From the NCBI GenBank assembly GCA_002729175.1, contig PBTS01000075.1:1-12976 (forward strand): 12,976 nt of DNA, given 5' to 3'. The position numbers and the translations under genes are program-made. This document shows, in pieces, positions 8,131 to 12,976 of this stretch. This DNA comes from Fidelibacterota bacterium. GTDB taxonomy: Bacteria; Fidelibacterota; Marinisomatia; Marinisomatales; S15-B10. Below the pieces are notes generated by a model, which made no database searches, was not told the origin of the DNA, and was given only the letters and a program-made list of their open reading frames with translations. Positions within the stretch are counted from its first letter, which is position 1, and each line of letters begins with the position of its first letter.

Positions 8131-8204
8131 AATGCTGACTCAGAACTGACATTAAATATCACTCAATTCAGTTAACCTCGCTAGATAATAGGGAGAATTA
8201 ACCT

Positions 8205-8423
8205 ATGATTAGGAATGCACTACAGGCCATCAGTGGCTGGGGTAAAGAAGTCGTCGATTTCGGCGTCGCAGTCATCATGGTGGGCGTCGTAGTTGATATC
8301 CTCTTTCCCGGAACAACGGGTGTCATTGATAATATCGCCGATTTAGTCGGCGATTTTTCGTCGCAAGGCGTAGCAGGTATAATAGCACTGCTTCTCTTTG
8401 TGACAATATATAATAATAGATAG
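8205..8423 (+). CDS. Small hydrophobic membrane protein of unknown function, paralog 2 (72 aa, two predicted TM segments)
   Basis: SD-like GGGAG at 8191-8195; ~29 identical residues with paralog 1 over ~72 aligned positions with a single gap (manual count). Confidence 0.88.
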   Translation: MIRNALQAISGWGKEVVDFGVAVIMVGVVVDILFPGTTGVIDNIADLVGDFSSQGVAGIIALLLFVTIYNNR

Positions 8424-8425
8424 GC

Positions 8426-8539
8426 ACTTAACCGGGACGGTATAAGTAAGACCGCTCTTCCGAGAGCGGTGGAGTCTATCCCAGCCTGATTCTGGGCGGT
8501 TTATCCGTTTTGAATTAGATTGGGATTTTCTTTTCCCAA
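8426..8539 (+). other. Hairpin array downstream of the small-protein pair (structured 3' UTR, terminator region or small RNA)
   Basis: ACTTA-ACCG/CGGT-A-TAAGT (8426-8447), ACCGCTCT-TCCG-AGAGCGGT (8451-8470), CCCAG/CTGGG (8480-8496), TTGGGA/TCCCAA (8520-8539). Confidence 0.5.
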
Positions 8540-8559
8540 AAACAGTCTCCCGGCAAACT

Positions 8560-8587
8560 TTGAAATCGACGACGGGGGGTGTAATTT
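8560..8587 (+). promoter_or_regulatory. Possible sigma70 promoter for the yajC-def-fmt operon
   Basis: TTGAAA (8560-8565), 16-bp spacer, TAATTT (8582-8587), 27 nt before the yajC GTG. SD-like AGAGGA at 8601-8606. Confidence 0.35.
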
Positions 8588-8614
8588 CGCCGGCCAACAG
8601 AGAGGATTAATAAC

Positions 8615-8926
8615 GTGAATTATCTGTACGCACAAACATCTTCCGGAGGAGGAATCCTCGGTTTCTTACCTTTCGTCCTCATTCTTCTTGTCATCTATTT
8701 TCTCATGCTCCGGCCACAAATGAAACAGCAGAAAGATCGTAAGGTTATGCTGGGAAACCTTAAAAAGGGAGATAAAGTTGTTACATCTGGCGGGATACAC
8801 GGCACGATCACCGGTTTCAAGGAAAAGAATTCCACTGTTATCCTAACGGTGGATAAGCATGTGAAGCTTACGGTGAGCAAATCAGCCATATCCGGGCCCA
8901 GCTCATCTATAGAGAAGGAAGCTTGA
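8615..8926 (+). CDS. yajC: Preprotein translocase subunit YajC
   Basis: Single TM followed by YFLMLRPQMKQQK and LKKGDKVVTSGGIHGTI; GTG start. Confidence 0.95.
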   Translation: MNYLYAQTSSGGGILGFLPFVLILLVIYFLMLRPQMKQQKDRKVMLGNLKKGDKVVTSGGIHGTITGFKEKNSTVILTVDKHVKLTVSKSAISGPSSSIEKEA

Positions 8927-9423
8927 TGGCAGCGCTTCCGGTTGTGACATATGGTGAGTCAATCCTTAGAAAAGTCCTTGAACCCGTGGAAGATTTCGAG
9001 ACTATCGAAGACTTGGTTCCGAACATGTTCGATACTATGTATGAAGAGGAGGGTATCGGCTTGGCTGCTAACCAGATCGGTGTCGATCTTAATGTGATGG
9101 TGATCGATATTTCTCACGCTGATGAAAATTGTCCCCCTTCCACTTTTGTTAACGGACAGATTATTGAGCGGTCAGGTTCCGAATCTTTGGATGAAGGGTG
9201 CCTGAGTGTCCCGGGTGTTCGTGTAGATGTAACCCGTTCCGAAAAAGTGACATTTGCCTATCAGGATTTGAAAGGGAATCATCATGAAGCAAAGTTTGAC
9301 GGTCTCATGGCAACAGTTATTCAGCATGAAATGGATCACCTCAACGGTCTTCTTATCATCGATCACGCCTCTCAGCTGGATAAACATCGAATCCGGAAGC
9401 AGTTGAAAGAGCTGGCATCGTAA
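8926..9423 (+). CDS. def: Peptide deformylase
   Basis: Motifs GIGLAANQIG, EGCLS, QHEMDHL. Start placed at ATG 8926, which overlaps the yajC stop (TGATG), rather than at TTG 8923. Confidence 0.96.
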   Translation: MAALPVVTYGESILRKVLEPVEDFETIEDLVPNMFDTMYEEEGIGLAANQIGVDLNVMVIDISHADENCPPSTFVNGQIIERSGSESLDEGCLSVPGVRVDVTRSEKVTFAYQDLKGNHHEAKFDGLMATVIQHEMDHLNGLLIIDHASQLDKHRIRKQLKELAS

Positions 9424-9459
9424 CACTCCTGAGGTCTCAATTTCATAGACCGTAACCTG

Positions 9460-10395
9460 TTGAATCCACTCCGCATTGTCTTTATGGGGAATCCGGATTT
9501 CGCTGTCCCGTCCCTGAATGAGATCATGGTATCAAATCATGAAGTAGTGGCGGTGGTCACATCCCCTGACAAGCCCCGGGGCAGGGGAAAATCGGTATCG
9601 CCCACTATGGTGGCTCAAAGGGCATCTGATTATGCTTTGCCATTAATTCAGCCATCATTACTGAAAGATGATTTCTTTATTTCACAACTCCAGGAGCTGA
9701 AAGCTGATCTTTTTTCTGTTGTGGCCTTTCGTCTGCTACCCTCAGTGGTATTACAGATTCCGAAAATAGGGTCAGTGAATCTCCATCCTTCTATGCTGCC
9801 GCAATACCGGGGCGCCGCACCTCTCCAGTGGACGTTAATGAATGGTGATGTGAAGACAGGCATCACAACATTTCTCCTCTCTCCTGCGATGGATAGTGGA
9901 GATATTTTGATGACTAGACCTCTGGGCATTTTCCCCGAAGACGATTCCGGATCTCTCTCTCTCCGTGCATCACAGCTAGGGGCCCATTTGCTTGCAGAGA
10001 CAATTGACAGTCTGGCACGCGGTACGGCCTCACCGAAGCCTCAGGATGACAGCAATGCCAGCCGTGCACCCAAGATCACCTCTGAAGATTGCGAGATAGA
10101 CTGGACCAAATCTGCTGCTAGTGTGAGAAATCAGGTTCGTGCTCTATCGCCTACTCCAGGCGCATACACATCTCTGGCCGGTCGCCGTCTGAAAATCTAT
10201 AGGTGTGAACTCTCCTTGGCGGCGGAGGAGACATCCGGGGAAGTGATTTCTCTGAAGAAAACATCGTTTACGGTAAGGTGCGGTTCCGGCAGTGTGGTTA
10301 TTCAGGAGCTTCAACCGGAAGGGAAAAGGCGGATGACCAGTGGGGAATTTCTTGCCGGCACCCAGTTGAGGGTGGGAGATCGTCTTGGCAAATAA
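9460..10395 (+). CDS. fmt: Methionyl-tRNA formyltransferase
   Basis: RIVFMGNPDFA, PDKPRGRG, NLHPSMLPQYRGAAP, MDSGDI, QPEGKRRM; follows def. TTG start is somewhat uncertain. Confidence 0.95.
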   Translation: MNPLRIVFMGNPDFAVPSLNEIMVSNHEVVAVVTSPDKPRGRGKSVSPTMVAQRASDYALPLIQPSLLKDDFFISQLQELKADLFSVVAFRLLPSVVLQIPKIGSVNLHPSMLPQYRGAAPLQWTLMNGDVKTGITTFLLSPAMDSGDILMTRPLGIFPEDDSGSLSLRASQLGAHLLAETIDSLARGTASPKPQDDSNASRAPKITSEDCEIDWTKSAASVRNQVRALSPTPGAYTSLAGRRLKIYRCELSLAAEETSGEVISLKKTSFTVRCGSGSVVIQELQPEGKRRMTSGEFLAGTQLRVGDRLGK

Positions 10396-11719
10396 GCTAT
10401 CGGCGAGAGAACACACTGTTAGAATCCTCGATAAATTCGATCGTAGCTTCAATAGACTTTCGACAATTTTTGAAAATTATTTTGCTTCCAATGAAACGTC
10501 CTCTAAGTCGCGGCCAGAAATCACTCATCTTGTACAGGATATTATCCGTCACCGTGGCTACATTGATCATATTATCATTTCTCTGTTTAGAGGCAACTAT
10601 AAAACAGCTGACAACACTCTCAGGAATATACTGAGGCTGGGAACATATGAAATCCTCTACAGGGATCAAGTCCCGGACTTTGCGGCGGTGGATGAAGCGG
10701 TGGAGCTTGCGAAGCGGAGGCGAGGAAAGGGTGCGGCGGGCCTCGCAAACGCGCTTCTCCGAAAGATCCGTAAAGCAGATACGTCCGTGGAGAAGGCACT
10801 CTCTCCAGAAACACCCATTCATCAGATGGCAGCTCTACTATCTCACCCGGGATGGATGATTAGCCGGTGGATAGAATCTTTCGGCTGGGAACGGACGATC
10901 CAATTTTGCGAGTGGAACAATACAGTTCCAATCCTCACTGTTCGCATGAATTCACTCCAAACCGAGAAGGAGGCGTTTGAAAAATTTCTGGAAGAAAGTA
11001 TGGTCCAATGGGAGCCGAACCAGATTATTCCAGAGTTTTACACCGTTCACCGAGTGTCAAAAATCAGGTCAAGCAGCCAGTTCAATGAGGGTCATTTTTC
11101 ATTTCAGGATATCTCTTCCGGGTTGGTTACAAATCTTTTGAAACCAACTGAAGGTGACTCCGTTCTTGATGTTTGTGCAGCTCCCGGGGGAAAGTGCGGC
11201 TATATGGCGGAGCTCATGAGGAACAGTGGTTCGGTTTATGCGTTTGATGTGGATGCTGACAGACATGCGCTATTGAAAGAATCAATGAAAAGATTGAAAC
11301 TCAATTCTGTCAACGTAGAACAAAAGGATGCCACAGCTGACTCTTTTCAGGTTTCCGATAAAATTCTCATCGACGCACCTTGTACCGGTACCGGCGTCAT
11401 GGCCAAACGGGCTGATCTAAAATGGCGCAGGCGTCCATCTGACCTGGACGAAATGGTTGCTGTGCAAAAAAGAATTATCAGTCATATAGCTCAGTTCCTT
11501 GAGTCGGAAGGAGAACTGGTCTACGCCACCTGTTCAGTTGAGCCTGAAGAGAACTGGGGTGTGGTGGACAGTTTTTTAGCCGACAATCCATCGTTTTCAG
11601 TACAGTCGGCTGAAGGACGAGTTCCGTCAGGGTTTCTTGATAATATGGGGGCGCTTAGCACTTTTCCGCCAGAACATGGGACGGACGGCGTTTTTGCAGT
11701 AATTTTGAGGCGAAACTGA
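10385..11719 (+). CDS. rsmB: 16S rRNA m5C967 methyltransferase RsmB/Sun (NusB-like N-terminal domain plus SAM methyltransferase domain)
   Basis: AAVDEAVELAK and ANALLR in the NusB-like domain; SHPGW, FQDISS, DVCAAPGGK, DAPCTG, YATCS, DGVF. Canonical def-fmt-rsmB order; overlaps the fmt end by 11 nt. Confidence 0.94.
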   Translation: MANKLSAREHTVRILDKFDRSFNRLSTIFENYFASNETSSKSRPEITHLVQDIIRHRGYIDHIIISLFRGNYKTADNTLRNILRLGTYEILYRDQVPDFAAVDEAVELAKRRRGKGAAGLANALLRKIRKADTSVEKALSPETPIHQMAALLSHPGWMISRWIESFGWERTIQFCEWNNTVPILTVRMNSLQTEKEAFEKFLEESMVQWEPNQIIPEFYTVHRVSKIRSSSQFNEGHFSFQDISSGLVTNLLKPTEGDSVLDVCAAPGGKCGYMAELMRNSGSVYAFDVDADRHALLKESMKRLKLNSVNVEQKDATADSFQVSDKILIDAPCTGTGVMAKRADLKWRRRPSDLDEMVAVQKRIISHIAQFLESEGELVYATCSVEPEENWGVVDSFLADNPSFSVQSAEGRVPSGFLDNMGALSTFPPEHGTDGVFAVILRRN

Positions 11720-12486
11720 TGAAAACGGTTTACCGCTATGGTGTGATAGCGTTCATTGTGGGCGCCATCGGCTTACTGTTCTTGGATAAAATTGTCATGC
11801 CTCTTTATATCCGTTCGGACGCCGGCCGTTTTCTTCCTGATGTGACAGGCATGTCTTTTGAAAAGGCAAAGTCGACACTTGAGCTGGAAGGTTTTGTCGC
11901 CAAGCGGGGTGATGTGAAATATACCAGCGCCTACTCGGCAGGTACAGTTATAGATCAGTATCCGGACGCAATGCGAAAGGTGAAGCCGGGGCGGACTGTC
12001 CATCTGACTATCGCTGAACGTGAAAGAATGATAATGGTACCCGATCTTGTGGGGAAGTCTATCCGAAGCGGGAAGCTGGAGTTAAGTGAGGTTGGATTAA
12101 TGGTTGATTCACTTATCAGCGAATACGATGCAGATGTCCCCGTTGATGTCATCCGCTGGCAATATCCGCGGGCCGGAGATTATCTTCGACGGGGTAGTGG
12201 CCTCACAGTCATCATTAGCAAAGGTAAACCACCTGACTTCTACCAGATGCCTCAGCTGTTTGGTCTCAGCTTGGAAAAAGCGGAGCAACAGCTTGCTAAA
12301 TCGCAGCTCCCTCTGGGACGCATCACCTATCGCCAGAATGAGGATCTTGTTCCCTATACCATACTTGAACAATCTATTGTTGCGGGAACCATTCTGGACA
12401 AACCGATCCCCATTGATGTAACGGTAAGCATACTGGATTTGAATGATGTTTACAACCAACTATCAGACCCTAAACGAAAACGATGA
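11719..12486 (+). CDS. Membrane-anchored PASTA domain protein (three PASTA repeats, no kinase domain)
   Basis: N-terminal TM, then repeats starting LPDVTGMS, VPDLVGKS, MPQLFGLS, each with a later VIxQ-type motif. TGATG overlap with the rsmB stop. Confidence 0.88.
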   Translation: MKTVYRYGVIAFIVGAIGLLFLDKIVMPLYIRSDAGRFLPDVTGMSFEKAKSTLELEGFVAKRGDVKYTSAYSAGTVIDQYPDAMRKVKPGRTVHLTIAERERMIMVPDLVGKSIRSGKLELSEVGLMVDSLISEYDADVPVDVIRWQYPRAGDYLRRGSGLTVIISKGKPPDFYQMPQLFGLSLEKAEQQLAKSQLPLGRITYRQNEDLVPYTILEQSIVAGTILDKPIPIDVTVSILDLNDVYNQLSDPKRKR

Positions 12487-12976
12487 ACTACCGAAATGAA
12501 GTTTACAGAAAAATGATTCATTTTGGCTCGGCCGTATTTCCTATCTCCTACTATTATTCTTTGAGCAGAGAGCAGATGCTTTGGTTGTTGGGTGGATTGA
12601 GTGCTCTGTTTCTCGTTGGAGAATTGTTGAGAATGAACGTGGGGCCTTTTAAGCGATTCTTTAAGTTAATTTTCAGTGCTGTTGTGCGTGAGTCGGAGGA
12701 TCATACAATCACCGGTGCCACAACGGTCTTTATTGCTGGATTTCTTACTGTTCTGATTTTTGAGAGACCGGTGGCTATTTTTGCTATGCTCATTCTTTCT
12801 CTAGCGGATGCAACAGCTGCACTCATTGGTCGAAAATGGGGAAACCACTCGCTATTCGAAAAATCGGTTGAAGGAACGATTACTTTTTTGATAGTGGCAC
12901 TGGCATTGGCTTTTTTACTTCCCGATCTACCTCGAGCCGGCGCCGTGGCCGCAGCGGGAATTGCTACTATCGCAGA
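12483..12976 (+). CDS. CTP-dependent diacylglycerol/polyprenol kinase family (SEC59/DGK1/VTE5-like) membrane protein, 3'-truncated
   Basis: Manual translation from ATG 12483 (ATGA overlap with the PASTA stop): MNYRNEVYRKMIHFGSAVFP...RESEDHTITGAT...LADATAALIGRKWG...EKSVEGT..., open to the window end. ExxRKxIH, DxxAAxIGxxxG and KSxEG are family motifs. Confidence 0.85.
   Translation, partial: MNYRNEVYRKMIHFGSAVFPISYYYSLSREQMLWLLGGLSALFLVGELLRMNVGPFKRFFKLIFSAVVRESEDHTITGATTVFIAGFLTVLIFERPVAIFAMLILSLADATAALIGRKWGNHSLFEKSVEGTITFLIVALALAFLLPDLPRAGAVAAAGIATIA

Noticed and set aside
7850..8423. Small proteins as ATP synthase c subunits, GvpA, copper chaperones or Flp/type IV pilins
   Set aside because: No RQPE-type loop or mid-helix-2 carboxylate, no GvpA RILDKG motif, no Cys/His metal ligands, and no prepilin G/xxxxE cleavage motif.
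8076..8545. Hairpin-rich intergenic DNA as a CRISPR array or tRNA
   Set aside because: No direct repeats with regular spacers, and no cloverleaf or T-loop consensus seen on either strand.
7783..8597. Minus-strand ORFs 7783-8025 and 8343-8597
   Set aside because: They overlap the plus-strand paralogues, which have SDs and mutual protein similarity; the minus ORFs have no such support.
8695..12459. Alternate-frame and antisense ORFs across yajC-def-fmt-rsmB-PASTA (e.g. 10278-10634, 10397-10822, 12104-12421)
   Set aside because: Shadows of conserved housekeeping genes with no independent coding evidence.

Overview
Bacterial chromosomal window with every supported gene on the + strand, in three blocks. 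(1) 1-7602 is a copper/silver detoxification cluster: the 3' end of a TolC/CusC-type outer-membrane factor, a CusB-type adaptor (lipoprotein-like N-terminus, Cys/Met metal-binding domain), a CusA-type HME-RND pump, and a P1B-1 Cu(I)-ATPase with two YHS domains plus a third metal-binding domain. The ATPase appears to have its own, possibly leaderless, promoter. (2) 7603-8614 is an unexplained ~1 kb module. A near-consensus sigma70 promoter and structured leader precede two tandem paralogous 75/72-aa two-TM proteins (~40% identical by manual alignment), which are separated and followed by hairpin arrays; a TAACCT motif recurs in the non-coding DNA. This is the best candidate for an undescribed system. 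(3) 8615-12976 is a tightly coupled housekeeping run: yajC-def-fmt-rsmB-PASTA protein, then a SEC59/DGK1/VTE5-family lipid kinase that the ORF track missed because it runs off the window. Gene order and Fmt sequence features suggest an FCB-superphylum organism such as Marinimicrobia (inference only). No mobile element, CRISPR array, tRNA or rRNA was seen.
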